The notes: generated from the letters alone by a model not told the origin. A DNA stretch of 62,119 nucleotides from Gracilinanus agilis (GCF_016433145.1 NC_058132.1:28975890-29038008); one strand, 5' to 3'; positions 1-19,934 are shown, counted from the stretch's first letter. Program-made: numbers and translations.

Positions 1-849
1 AGTGCCTCCCATCCCCCAGGAAACACAAGAGGCTCTGGGGGGCAGGGAGTGTCCAGGTGCCCACTGCCCAGGTGCTCAATGTTGTCACCAGCTAATCTGG
101 TGGGTGAGTCACGGCCCCAGGAGAGGAAGGCCAGGACAGCCTGTGCCCCTCGGCTGAGGGCCAGGGGGCATCTGGGACAAGCATGGGCAATAGGGCCCCC
201 CTCCTGGGCCAGAAATAGCCAGCCGATGATCCCTGCCACCTGTGGGAGCACGGATCCAGGAGCCAAAAACGCCTGGCTCCAGGAAGGATCAGCTGGTGCA
301 GAGGAGACAAAGGTGGAAAGGGAGGGCTGGGGGTCAGTTCGGGGAGCTCCAAACTCGGGGCTGATACAGCCTGTTAAGCTCTGCCTCCTCCTTCTGGGAT
401 TCGGTTTATACCCTGGGAAAATAGAAGCAATGAACCTCCAGCTCTGAATCCTCTTTGTGGCCCTACCTGAGCGGTCCCCAGAGATAAGGAGGGGGCAGCT
501 GGGGGTGCCAGGAGGTCAGTAAGGAGGCCCCCTGAGTGGGAAGGGCCAGAAACATGGATAAGTGGTCTGGGGTACCAGACTACGGGGCGCACTCCCTGGG
601 GGGGGGGCCTGGTCCTGCACCCTGCCTCGCCGCCTGCACTCCTGCTGGGCTCTGGCAGAGATTTTATGACCCCATGTGGGCCCCCCTCCCCCACAAGGAA
701 GCTCCTAGTAGGTTGGATTCTTCTTCCTGCCAGGGATCCTCCGACTCCCCACCCTTTCGGTGTCGGCTGCCGATCCCTAGTCAAAAAACACCTCCGATGC
801 CCCACATGAGCCAATCCAGCCCCTTTCTCGGCCTCTAAAATAAAAGTAG

Positions 850-1102
850 CCAATAGAATGGCGCGACCTTCTTACATAGTCCCGCCCCCACAAAAAAACA
901 ACGAATGGACGAAGGTGCCGCCTACGCAAGTGCATTTGGGCGCGGCACCGCGAGGCGGTTGAGAACTACGGAGCTGCTCCTTTTCCCGCCCCAGTGCTTC
1001 TGGCAAGGGGGGCGTGTCTGAGGCGGCGTTGCTTAGTGACAGGCAGCGCTGGCTTCGGGGAAGGAGAAGGGAAAGGAGATTCGAGGAGGTGTCGGCGGAG
1101 GC
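850..1102 (+). promoter_or_regulatory. CpG-island promoter of PROSER3 with CCAAT box (850-854) and RFX X-box (1028-1040)
   Basis: CpG-rich sequence upstream of the ATG at 1103. GTTGCTTAGTGAC (reverse complement GTCACTAAGCAAC) fits the RFX X-box pattern. Confidence 0.6.
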
Positions 1103-7665
<6,563 letters not shown>

Positions 7666-7673
7666 GATTAAGC

Positions 7674-7690
7674 AATAAATGTTCAATAAA
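7674..7690 (+). terminator. Tandem AATAAA polyadenylation signals of PROSER3
   Basis: AATAAA at 7674-7679 and 7685-7690, just after the stop at 7663-7665. Confidence 0.75.
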
Positions 7691-8406
7691 TTGCATCAGA
7701 GTCGCTTTGTTGCGGGAAGGGAGGGTACATCGCCTGGGGTGAGGGGCCCAGGCTGTGCCCTGGCCCTCAGGATGTCTTTGCTGAGTCCCTGCCCACCTAC
7801 CCCCAGGGAAGAGGAGGGAAAGAGGCTGGAGAGGGCCCTCCAAGCCAGGGAAGTGGAGAAGAAGGTTGGAGGACTCTTAGAGGCAGGGCTACAAGCTAGC
7901 TGGGGGTGTAGCTTAGATTGAGGAAGGAGAGGGGCCATTTTGTAGAGATGACCAGCGATTGTCCCATTTTACAGATGGGAAAACTGAGGCCCAAAAGTTC
8001 AGTGAGCTGTCCAGGGTCACTTAAGTGCCCACTGGCCAGCTTTGATTCAGAGCCCGGACCTCTGACTCGGAGCTGCTGTTCCACCAACCAAGCCCCACGC
8101 TGCCCTCAGGGAAGTCAGGGATGTAGGGAGGAACTCGGCTCGCCCCTCTGCCACAAGAGCAGCTTTGTTTGACAGACAGCTGGGGGGCGGGGTACGGCGC
8201 GAGGACACTGGAGGCGTGGCCTGAGGGAGTGGGTGGTGCCTAATTAGACCAAGGCCAATGAGGAGCTAGGGGGGCGAGGGCGGGGCTCGTTTTTCCCTCT
8301 GGTTGGCTGGTGTCCTCTAAGTCCCCGCCCTCCGCGCGCACCCGGGCCGTTGGGGACGTTAGGGGCGTGGCTTCAGCTCGCGCGCCCCTCGCCCCATTGT
8401 GTCGCC

Positions 8407-8445
8407 ATGGCGGCGGCGGCGGTGGCGGAGGAGGCCCCGGCCTGA
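8407..8445 (+). other. Upstream ORF (MAAAAVAEEAPA*) in the ARHGAP33 5' UTR
   Basis: gccATGg Kozak context; the uORF stops 92 nt before the main ATG at 8538. Whether it lies within the transcript is inferred. Confidence 0.6.
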
Positions 8446-8537
8446 GCAAGAAGAGGAAGAGCGCGGCCGGGTCCCCTCTGGGCCCCTCGCCCGCCCCAGG
8501 TCACAGGGTGACGGCAGCAGTGGTGGCGCGGCGGGTC

Positions 8538-11500
8538 ATGGTGGTGAGCTGGGCGGGGGCGGCCGTCTGTCTGGGAGGGAGGGACGGAAGGAATGAGAGA
8601 GGGATGGGGGCAGCGGGGGCGGGGCAGGCCTGGGCGGCTCCGGACTGGGCCCAGACCCTCTGCCTCCCCACTGCCACCCCCACCCCACCCAAGGCCCAGA
8701 TCTCCCTCCTTCCCCAGGTATAGCCCCTCCCTAATGAATGTCTGTCCTCTCACCAGCTCTCCCTCTTCCCACTCAATAGACCTCCCTCCTCCCTCCCAAC
8801 TAGTCATTCCTATCTTCCCTCTCAGTAGGTCTCCCTCCTCCTTTTTACCAGCTCTCCATCCTCCCTCTCAGCAAATCATTCCATCATACCTCTCATCAGC
8901 GATTCCTCCTCCCTCTCAGAAGGCCTCCCACCTTTCAATAAGTCCTCCTCCCTCTCAGCAAGTCTTTCCATCATCTCACCAGCTCTCCCTCCTCCCACTC
9001 AATGAGTCTCCCTCTTCCCTGTCAACAGCTCTCCCTCCTCTGTCTTACCAACTCTCCCTCCTCTCTCATCAGCTCTCCCTCCTCCCTTTCAAATCTCCCT
9101 CTCAGCCCAATCTATTTCTGTCCTGTCAACCTGACTATCCTTCACTAAACCTGACATGTCTTCCCCCTCAGCCATCCTCCCCTCAACTCTCTCCCTCCTC
9201 CTTGACTGCCCTTCACCCTGGTCTCATTTTTCCTCTTCAGCTCCCCTTGACCTCTCTTCAGCCTGACCCCCAGTCACTTCAGGCCAACTACATCCTCCCA
9301 TATCCCTAGCCCAGGTCCTTTCATCTCTCAGTCCCATAATCACATAGCAGCCTGTTCCTATCCCAAGTCCTTTTCCCTACCCACCCCAGGCCTACTTAGT
9401 CCACCCTTCCCTTCTCTATCACCAGCTCATCTGATCCCACCTCTAGCCCTTCCCTTTCAGCCCCTCTGGGTCTGGGTATTCTTCATGTTTGTCCTGTCCA
9501 TACCATTGTCTCACTCCTATTGCTCTCCCTGGGTCTGTGCTCCTCTTCCCATCCCAGCCCACCATCTCTGCCTGATTGGGGTCTTCCCCCCTCCCCTCCC
9601 CTTTCCAGGCCTCATTTCTTTCTCTGGTTCTTCCTAACCTTATCCTATCTTTAACTCTACAGTATTTTTATTCCTGATCTGCCAGCCTCCAATACTCCCT
9701 CCTTTCCTATACCTTTTTCCCATTCTTTCTTCCTATCCCATCTGCTGGAGGGAGAGGGTTGGTGGTACAATTGGCTAGAACCCTAGACCCTAGTCAGGAA
9801 TCCTGTGCAGACACTCTTTGACTGGATGACAGCAAGCAAAGTCTGCCTCAATCTATTTCCTCATCTGTAAAATGGGGATAATAACTCCATGTACTCCCAG
9901 GGTTGATGTGAAGATCAGATGAGATAAGATTTATAAAGCACTTAAGGCAGTGCCCAGCACAGAGGAAGCACTAAGTAAATGTTAATTACTATTATTGTTG
10001 TTATGTCTACAGTCTCCTCTCCCTCATTCCACCTTCCCAAAGTTTCCAATGTTCTGGCCCTGTCTTTACTCGAACTTTTACTATTTGACTTTTTTTTTTT
10101 TTTAAGTACTGGCCACCTTTTCTTGTCCTCTGTCTGTACTGGTCAAGAAATATCATCTTGCTCTTCTTTGGGGGGGTCTAGGTTCTAGTGGCACTTTAGC
10201 TAGGGTTAGGCATCCCTCAGGCATCTTTTTCTTCCCACAGGCCAGAAGCACAGATAACCTGGATGGTCCAGGGGAGGGGCCTGTACCACCATTGCCCCCT
10301 TCAGGGGGTTCTAACGTGAAAGGGAAACCTGGAAAGAGGTAGGAAGAGAGGGGTGCTGCTTGGAATCAAAGGCCGTGAGAGCACATCTTGAGCTCTGGCA
10401 GCCAGGTCTTTCCACTTCTGGGATACTCCAGTTCTAAGTTCAGCTTTGGGGACTGGGCCAAGATACTCAGGGTGACTTGTGACTTAAACTCCTAGGATCT
10501 CCGCCCCTCGTGGCCCTTTTCCCCGGCTGGCTGACTGTGCCCACTTCCACTATGAGAATGTCGATTTTGGCCACATTCAGGTACTTGGAGCCCACCCTAT
10601 CTGGGCATGGCAGCATGAGATCCCCAGCCCCATCTCCAATTGCCTGGCCTTTTTCCTGTTGTGTGTTATATGTTTAGCTTCTGGTAATTGGGGTAGGGGA
10701 TAGTGTTGGAAGAACCACATGTCCTGGGCCTTCCCTTTTAGCTACTGCTATCTCCAGATCGAGAAGGCTCCAATCTCCCTAGTGATAATGAGTTGGTGTT
10801 TGGGGTCCAGGTGACCTGTCAGGTAAGACCTTTGATTCCACATTTTGTCCTTCAGCCTTACATTGACAATAGCCTAGCCTTGTTCCCACGTGCTCACAGA
10901 CTCTGACCCATGATCCTTCTTCAGTCTAAAGTTATGAGTATAATCTGTCACTTTTACCCTGCTTGACTCATTGTTTCCTCCAGGGCCGTTCCTGGCCTGT
11001 TCTCCGAAGCTATGAGGATTTCCGCTCCCTGGATAGCCATCTTCACCGGTGCATCTTTGACCGTCGCTTCTCCCGCCTTCCAGAGCTACCGCCAGCTCCA
11101 GAGGGTTCCCGGAACCAGGTAATGTCCCAGCCTCTCCTCTGCCATCTACCCCCAAACCTGGAGTTCTGCCCCAGGGAAGAAGTGGTATTTCAGCAGTGAA
11201 GAATGAAGGGAAAGGAGATCTGGCTAAGAGGCTTCTTAGTTCTACCTAATCCCTCCCCCACCTTCTTCCCCATTCAGCTGCTGGTGCCATTGCTGCTACA
11301 GTATCTGGATACTCTGTCTGGACTGGTAGACAGTAACCTCAACTGTGGCCCTGTGCTTACCTGGATGGAAGTAAGGGGGGAGAGACAGAGAGAGGGAGAG
11401 GGAGAGATCAAATGAACAAGGGTCAAAGAGAGAGGAAGAGAGGAGGGAAAGGAGGGAAGAGAGAAAAGGTGGGGAGAGATGGGAGAGGGAAGGATAGGAG

Positions 11501-14500
11501 AGGCAGGGGATGAGGGAGGAAAGGAAATAGATTGAGGAGGGGAGGAAAGCCAGGACAAGCATCTAGGTTGGTGGCAAGTAGAACAGCAAATAAGGGCTGA
11601 ATGAGGTGGGGGCAGGTGGAAGATGGTTCTTTGCCTATCACTAGATCCTTAAGAGCATGCAAGCTGCAGTGGAGAAGGGCCTGGGGTGGGGGTGACATCT
11701 CCGTGGCCAGGTCCTGGCCGAGAAATGGCATACATGTATCAGAAGCAGCTTGGGAAATGGCTACGGAAATGGAGGAGGGAAAGTAGGTGACGGGAAAAGG
11801 CTTGTGGGTTGTGTGTCTCCAATGGGGGATGCCACCGCCTCCACTCCCCTCTGCCCTTCCTCTAGCTGGATAACCATGGTCGGCGGCTGCTCCTCAGTGA
11901 GGAGGCCTCCCTGAACATTCCTGCGGTGGCGGCAGCACATGTGATCAAGAGATACACAGCCCAGGCTCCAGATGAACTGTCCTTTGAGGTAATGGGTCAA
12001 GGAAAGGGCTGCAGGGTTGTGCTGGATTTTCCCCCTTCACTGACTCCCTTCTGCTCCCTATTCTCAGGTTGGTGACATTGTCTCCGTGATTGACATGCCA
12101 CCCACAGAGGACCGAAGCTGGTGGCGTGGGAAACATGGATTCCAGGTAGAAAGAATGGACAGGGGAGAACCTAAGAGGCCTAGGACCTTGAGAGGTACTC
12201 AAGCCATCTGACCTTTGGCTTTTGACCCTTCCCCTTAGGTTGGTTTCTTCCCTAGTGAGTGTGTAGAGCTGTTTACCGAAAGACCAGGCCTGGGAGTCAA
12301 AGCTGGTAACAAAAAGTGGGCTGTGCCAGGGGAGAGGCCTATCTCCATGGAAAAAGGGTTAGGGAAGGGGAAGGGGAAGAGATCTTGAGCCATTCATACT
12401 GGTTTCCCCCCCACAGATCCCGATGGCCCTACATCCAGCATCCCAGCTCCCTTAAGGGAGGGCCCTCCCTCTCTAACGTCAGGTAACAACTGCAGATATT
12501 ATCCCCTGTGACTTGTCCCAGATTACTCCTCCCCTCTTTAGCTGTGCCTCTCCCTCACATTGAATACCCTCTCTTTCCCACTACTACCACCGCCAAGCAG
12601 TGCCCCGGCCCCGAGGAAAACTTGCAGGCCTCCTCCGTTCTTTCATTCGTTCTCGCCCATCTCGTCAGCGGCTGAGGCAGAGGGGCATCCTTCGGCAGCG
12701 TGTCTTTGGCTGTGATCTTGGGGAGCATCTCAGCAATTCTGGCCAAGATGGTGAGGTTCTGGCCCTGCCCCAATCTTGGTGGGTCACTCCATAGCTTCCC
12801 ACACCTCCCAGTCCTCTAAAAAGGGATTCCTCGTATTCTCTCCCTACTTGTGCATTTATAATAGCTGGCATTTCTACAGTTATATAGTTTTGCAAAGTCC
12901 TTTACAATATCTTATTTGAACAATCCTGTGAAGTAGGTACTACAGGTATTAATTATCCCCTTTTTTACAGATGAGAAAAGTGAAGCTTAGTGGCATTAAG
13001 TGACTTAATATGCATGGTCGCTAGTAAATGCCAAAAGTGGGATTCAAATACATCTAATTCCGAGCCCAGCACACTCTCAGTTACACCATGCTGTCTCCAA
13101 ACGTGTCTCATAATCAATAACTTAGAAATGAAAACACTAGAAAGACTACTCGGGCCTTACCCACTTATGGGCATCCCTTTGGATTTGGTTGTTCTTCCCC
13201 CTGGTCCTGCCCTTTTACACTTTTTGTTCTTCTAACCTGATTGTGGCCCCTTCTGCCCTGACCCATCATCCTTTCTAAAAGTTCCCCAAGTCCTTCGCTG
13301 CTGCTCAGAGTTCATTGAGGCCCATGGGGTTGTCGATGGAATCTACCGGCTTTCAGGTGTTTCTTCCAATATCCAGAAACTAAGGTAGGGAGGCCAGAGG
13401 CTAGGGAGGGAGGAAGAGTGAGCTCCAGGGTGGAGAGGGAGGTATCCCCAGGGAGATGTGGGGAGAAGAGGGAGGAAAGCACATGGAGGCAGGGCCCCAA
13501 AATGAAGAGAGGCTTTGGGAACTCTGATGTCTTCTCCACCCCTGCCTGTGGGGTCTCAGGCACGAATTCGATAGTGAGAGGGTCCCAGAGCTGAGTGGAC
13601 CAGCCTTCCTCCAAGACATCCACAGCGTCTCTTCCCTTTGCAAACTCTACTTTCGGGAGCTGCCTAACCCCCTGCTCACCTACCAACTCTATGGAAAATT
13701 CAGTGTAAGTCTAAAGGGGGAGGCCAGGGAGACCCAGAGGTGAAGTCCCAGCCTGTGCCCACCCTCCTCCTTCACTCTGTACCCCTAGGAGGCCATGTCT
13801 GTGCCTGGAGAAGAGGAGCGCCTGGTTCGGGTTCATGATGTCATCCAGCAACTGCCCCCACCTCATTACCGGTATGGGTAGCGTAGGCGAAGGGAGTGGG
13901 GAACAGGAAGCTGTCGGGCTGGGCCGGAGGGAGGGTGCCATGCTCCATCCCTGCCTCCCCTCCAGGACCCTGGAGTACCTGCTTCGACACCTCTCCCGGA
14001 TGGCCCAGCACAGTGCGGACACCAGCATGCATGCCCGGAACCTAGCCATTGTGTGGGCCCCCAACCTGCTTCGGTGAGTAGGGAAGGAAAGCCACTAAGG
14101 CAGAGCGCCCAGAGGGAAGGTCCAGAGACTCTGCATGGTGCTGGAATGTTGGTAGGCATTGAATTCATGCTGAATTGAATGAGGTGGGCCTGCCTGGCTG
14201 CTAGCCTTCCAGGCCTCTGGAGAGTCACCTGAGGGGAGGGTGCTCAGGGTCCCTTCCGGAGGCTCCCTAGAGCTGGACAAGGAGCCTCTTCAGGGCCCCC
14301 AACCCTTGCATTCATTCCCCGTCACTGCAGGTCCATGGAGCTGGAGTCCGTAGGGCTTGGGGGAGCGGCTGCCTTCCGAGAGGTTCGAGTCCAATCTGTT
14401 GTCGTCGAGTTTCTTCTCAGCCACGTGGATGTTTTATTCAGCGATACGTTCGCCTCGGCAGGCCTAGATCCTGCAGGTATGCCTGCTGCCTGGTGCTTGT

Positions 14501-17500
14501 GTCCCGATCCTCCTGGAGATGGATGGAAGCTCCTAGGGGCTGGGATGGCAAGCGATGGGCTGGGCTGGGGGAGGGCAGGGCCTCAAGGTCACTGCCCTGA
14601 GTGGGGCAGCCTCCAGCTCAGTTTCCCCCGGGGACCCCAGAACCCTGTCCCCTCCCCCCCAGCCTCCTTCTCATTTCAGCTCGACTCAGGATCCCCCACT
14701 GGTCCCGGATGCTGCATCTCCAACCCCCACCCCATCCGTAGCTCCCTCAGGGCCCCCTTGGGACTGGTGGTGCCTGGGAGGGGTGCCCTTAGGACCATAG
14801 GCACACTCCTGGGTATTCCCAGCTCCTTCAGCTTTAGAGCCATTTTAGAGCCCACTTTTCCCCAAGAAACCCCAGCCACACCCCCTTCTCTCATTCCCAT
14901 CCCTGCCCCACAAACCCTGGACCCCTGCGGAACACGGATCATCGGCCGGGCCCTCCCGAGGTAACTGAGACGGCTTTCCTCCTGCAGCTGCCGCCGCCTC
15001 TGCCTCCTCCTCGCCTGCTGCTGATGCCCCTACTCCTCCCCTCCCTTCCCTCCCAGGCCCCAGGCCCCACCCCACCACTCCCCTCCCCAATCCCAGGGTC
15101 CCTGCCTTGCTGATCCCTGGCCGGGGGCTTGGCCTGCCAGGGCTCCCAGGGGAGGTGGGGGGTTGTGCTTAGCTTTGCCTGCAGGGGAGATGGGCCAGCT
15201 CGATAGGCTGACAGACTCTCCTCTCCCACTCCCCAGGTCGTTGTCTCCTCTCCAGGCCCAAGTCCCTGGTGGGCAGCGGACCCTCCACCCGCCTCCTGTC
15301 CCTAGAGGAGGCTCAGGCTCGGTCACAGGGTCGGCTATCTGCACAGGGGGCCAAGGCCGCTCCTCCACCTGAAGACCGGTGAGTAACAGGGTGGCAGCAA
15401 GGAAAGGGGAAGATGGGCCCTGGCCCAGACACCATCCTGTCTCACACCTGTGCCCCATCTAGGAGGAAGGGGGTCATTGGGGAGAAGTGGCGGAAACCAG
15501 GTGGCAGCAGCTGGAAGACCTTCTTTGCCCTGGGCAGGGGCCCCTCCTCAGTCCGAAAGAAACCCTTGCCCTGGCGTGGAGCTGGCCAAGGGTCCCAGCC
15601 ACCCCAAGGTGAGCAGGTGCATGGGCCCAAGGTGGGCGGACAGGAAGGGTAGTTTGGGGCCTTTGTAGCCAACACTTTTCCTGCCCCTTCTGGAAATCCA
15701 GGTGGCCCAGCAGAAACCGCCCCACTTCGATCAGCCAAGAGTGAGGAGTCACTGTCATCCCAGGCCAGTGGAGCTGGTGAGGATGCCCTGGGGGTGGCCT
15801 CCCTGGGGATCACAGTCTGTGGGGAAGGAAGGAGGGAGGGAAATTGGAGCATCTTCAGATCTAATTCAGTTCAGCCAGAGCAGATAACGTCAGTGTTCCA
15901 TATAGACTGGGCCTGAGCTGGAGGAGGGTTATTGGAAAAGGATCATCAGAGCTGGGAGGAGGCCCAGAGGTCATCCAGGCCAAGGCCCTGATGCTACTGG
16001 GGGAGGCCCTAAGAGTTATCCAAGTCACACAGCTAGTGAGAGGCAGAGCAGCTCCCTAAACTCCAGCTCTGTCCCCACAGATATCCCAGCAGAAGGGAAT
16101 TGTGGTCAAGCCTTGATGTGGAAACTGCCCGGGGGAGAGAGCTGATCCCTGGTGTAGGGAGAGCAGGGATGTGGGACAGGAGCAATAGCAGAGAGGAGTC
16201 TGTCTCCCTCTAGGGGAGGCTTAGGAGTGGAAATCAGAAAAAGATCCTGGAGTTAGCCCTTGAAGGGCCTAGAATGGCATTGTGAGGCTCTGCCCTTCTT
16301 TAGGCCGTGGGGAGCCAGGCAAGGGTCTTCCAACTGAGGAGATGGTCAACTGTTTGGGTTTCAAGCCTTGCTCTGCCAAGTGCTAACTGGGTGGTGAACT
16401 CTTCCCCTCTCTGGGACTCAGTTTCCCTGTTTGTACAATTGGGCAGGGGCGGGGGTGGACAGGTTGTCTGCCCCCAAGCCCTGTGAACGACACTGACTAT
16501 TTGATTCCATTCAAGTGTCCTGGGCAGAGGGGTTACCAAGATTTGAAAAAATGACCCAGCCCCTACTTTAAGGAGCTTCCATTGTCCTGGAAGTAAGGAG
16601 TAGGCCTGGGTGGGCATAGAGAGCTGACCACAGACCATAGCATGAGGCCAAGGGGGAGCCAGCCAGGGCACTTTCAGAGAACAGGGCCAGGAGCAGGTCA
16701 GGCTTTACTGCTGAGAGAGCTGCCTGAGCTCACCGTGGAGGACAAGAAGGATGGGAGCTGGAAAGGCAAAGATGAGTTCACTCCTCACCCGGGGATGCAA
16801 ACGGCTGCTCCCTGGCTGATCTGGGCCTCTCGGGTGAAGGGAGCAGCCCCAGGGATCACCCTAGGTTAGCGCAATAGCCCATCACTGGAGACTTGGGGTT
16901 GGGGAGTGAAGAGTCAACAAAGGAGAAGACCCCAAATTAGGAGAGTAAATGCTGAGGGGAAGGGACAGACCTTACAGAAGTAATGCCACCACCACCTAGA
17001 TGGGTTGAGAAGTCGGGCAGAGGGGCAGGGAGTGGCATTGGGTCCCACTTGCACAGCGGACATTGAGGTAGAAAGAGGCCACCAGGGAGATGGTGGGCTC
17101 CCAGAGATTGGGGCTCTTTGGAGATGCTATAGCCTGGCAGCCCATCCATACAAAGGGAGCCAGAACCAGCGGCCTCCAGAGCAACCCTTCCTCTTGGCTC
17201 CCTGCAGGCCTCCAGAGGCTGCACCGGCTGCGCCGGCCCCGCTCCAGCAGTGATGCCTTCCCTGTGGCTCCAGGCCTGGCCGGCTCCTGTGAGAGCCTCT
17301 CTTCTAGCACCTCTTCAGCCTCCTCCACCACCACTTCCTCTGTGGGGAGTGGAGAGCTGGTGGGGTCCCCTCCACATCGCGTTTCAGCCTGGCTGGATGA
17401 TGGCGATGACCTGGACTTCAGCCCCCCTAGGTGTCTGGAGGGGCTGAGGGGCCTCGACTTTGATCCCCTCACTTTCCGATGCAGCAGCCCTACCCCTGGG

Positions 17501-19465
17501 GACCCAGCCCCCCCTGCCAGTCCTGCCCCTCCAGCGCCTACAGGCTCTTTCATCCACAAAGCCACTCCCCCAGCTCGGTCTCCTCGAGGCCCCAGGAGCC
17601 CTGCCCCACCCACTGCCCTGGATATCTCTGAGCCTGTGGCCGTCTCTGTGCCTCCTGCTGTCCTGGAACTGCTGGGAGGGGGTGCCCCAGCCACCCCTTC
17701 CCCTCCACCTGCCACCCCTGCTCCCCAGCTCATCCCTCTACTGCTGCGCAGTGCTGAGACAGAGTTGAGTGACAGCTGCCAGAGGGAAATCCGGAGTAAA
17801 TTGTCCTTAACCAGCCAGAAAGACCTTCAAGGCTCACTGAGTGAGTAAGAAACCTCCCACCTGGCCCCAGGAACCCCAGCCTCTGGGCCTCAGGGACCAA
17901 GCAGCAGCTCCTCCATTCTAAGGTCTTCCCCCTCTCCTCTCCATACAGGTCCTGTGCCTGGGTTTGAGTCCCCACCGATGCCCGTTCCCTTGTCTCTCCT
18001 TCGCCCTGGAGGGGCCCCTCCTCCGCCCCCCAAGAATCCGGCTCGCCTGATGGCCCTTGCTTTGGCTGAGCGAGCTCAGAGGGCAGCCCAGCGTCAGCGC
18101 CAACAGGAGATGGGGGGTACAGTCCCACCCCTACCTCGCTCCCCTTTCCGGCGTTCCCTGTCCCTGGAAGGGGGTGGTGGGGAAACTCCAGGGGTGGGGG
18201 CCCCCAGGCCCCTCTACTCCATGGTAAACCCCAGCCACCCAGCACCAGGGCCCCCCGCCTCCTTGCAGCGGCAGCAGAGTGATGGGGGCCTGCTGCGCAC
18301 ACAAGTCTCTGGTCCTCCACGGAGGGAACGAAGAGCTCCTGCTCAGGTCAGTGAGGACAGAGTCCCTGACTCTCCCCTCCAGGCTGCCCTTAGTTCTGTG
18401 GGGTTTGGCCAAATGAAGGTTTGCCCACCCCGCTTAGGTAGGCCCATCCTCTAGGCCAGTGATGGTGAACCTTTTAGAGACCGTGTGCCATGCCGTGCCT
18501 CTCCACACACACACACACACAGGAGGAAGCTCTCCTATTGGGCTGCTGGGCAGAGGGCTGGGGAGCAGCTCCACCCAAGTCTCTAGTAACGATTTGGGGG
18601 TGGTAGGTTCTTGGTCACTGGGCCTTCTAGGGACTTCCCCAACGAATCCCATTCTCCGTCACAGGTGCCTGCCTCCTTCTTCGCTGTGACCTCCCCCAGC
18701 CCCAAGGAGCGTCCCTCACCCTTCTCTGGCCCCCCCAAGCCGCCGCTTCATTCCTTGGGTATTCCTTCCTTCCGGTCTGGACCCCCACCCCCTACCCGGA
18801 GGACTCCACATGGTCCCCCCTTGCCACCTGACAAGGGGGAAAATCTGTACTACGAGATCAGTGGGAGCGAGGGGCCTCCCTACCCAGGCCTGCCCCGGCC
18901 TTGGGCTCCCTTCCACCAGGCCCCAGAGGGGCTCAGTACTTCCTATGGGATTCGGGAACAGTCACCACCCCAGGGTCCCCCTGACTTCCTCTTCTGCTAC
19001 CCCCCACCTCAGCCATACTCCCCGGCCTTGCAGCCTTTTTCCCAACATGGCCGCCTCTGCTACCACCCCCAAGAGTCCCGGCGTCACCCAGCCCATCTGG
19101 AACCTGTCTATGTCAACCTGCCCCTGGGTGGGGGTGGACCCTCCCCTACTTCCTCCTCTTGTTCTTCCTCCCCTCCTGCCCATCCCCGAAGTCGCTCTGA
19201 CCCTGGCCCCCCTGCCCCACGACTCCCCCACAAGCAGCGATCACCTTGGGGGCCACGGCCCCCTCGACCCTGGGGGCCTCTAGATCCCCTCCTCCTCTAC
19301 CGGACACCCACCCAGGCCTATGGGAAAGGAGGAGGGGAGGGTCCTCATGGAGTCCAATATGGCAATGTGGGGGATGGACACGGAGAGGGGGCTGGCCCCC
19401 CACCCTCCTACCTGCCCCCAAGCTGGTCCCTCCATGCTAAGGGCCAAACTCACAGCTACTGCTGA
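8538..19465 (+). CDS. ARHGAP33: Rho GTPase activating protein 33 (PX-like, SH3, RhoGAP, Pro-rich tail)
   Basis: Exon 1 MV at 8538-8543 and exon 2 ARSTDNLDGPGEG at 10241-10338. Also seen: GRSWPVLRSYEDFRSLD, SH3 exons, RQRVFGCDLGEHLSNSGQD, TLEYLLRHLSRMAQHSADTSMHARNLAIVWAPNLLR, and the C-terminus SWSLHAKGQTHSYC*. Confidence 0.97.
8700..9750 (+). repeat. Pyrimidine-rich low-complexity tract (CTCTCCCTCC-like units) in ARHGAP33 intron 1
   Basis: Strong C/T strand bias with recurring ctccctcctccctctca units. Confidence 0.7.
18457..18600 (+). mobile_element. Truncated hAT-type MITE
   Basis: Starts CAGTGATGGTGAACCT, a hAT TIR-like sequence. No matching TSD was found on the right side. Confidence 0.5.
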
Positions 19466-19934
19466 GTCTCCCAATCTTTCTTTTGTAAAATGGCCCCTTG
19501 AGTTGATGAATGGGAATCCCGGGGCCCCAGCTGGGTGTGCCTGTTGATGACTGAGGTCCCTCTCAAGAGTCGGACCCTAGTGCCATCACTGGCCCTGGGG
19601 CCCCAATTCAATTCTCCCTCCATTTTGTAATTTTTCCCAATTCCTCAAGTTTCTAACTTTGTAAACTGTTCCAATGTGATCTCATAACCTGTAACCGTAG
19701 TTTCTCTCTGCTCCCCTCCCCACCCTGGGGTTTCTTGCACTAATCTGGGGGAGGCTGAACATGCAAACACTTCATCTCCCCCCAACCTCCAGGGATCCCC
19801 CAGCATGTCCTGCTCCCCTCCCTGTATGTGTGTGTCCAGATGAGGGGCTTCAGGGGTGCGTGTGGGTGTGTGCGTGTCCCGGACGAGCCCCAAGCCTGAC
19901 AGCTGTGTACTAAACACTTCAAAACATTAACAGA

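Noticed and set aside
1-853. HSPB6 expected by synteny; ORFs 49-447, 92-352 and 374-853
   Set aside because: No alpha-crystallin or HSPB6 motifs in the frames examined. The CDS is probably left of the window. Splice-like signals here may be non-coding upstream exons but cannot be supported.
8593-9309. 238-aa Pro/Ser/Leu-rich ORF
   Set aside because: Artefact of the C/T low-complexity intronic tract, which cannot form stop codons easily.
16996-17733. 245-aa antisense ORF over an ARHGAP33 exon
   Set aside because: Shadow ORF of a GC-rich coding exon; no independent splice or promoter support.
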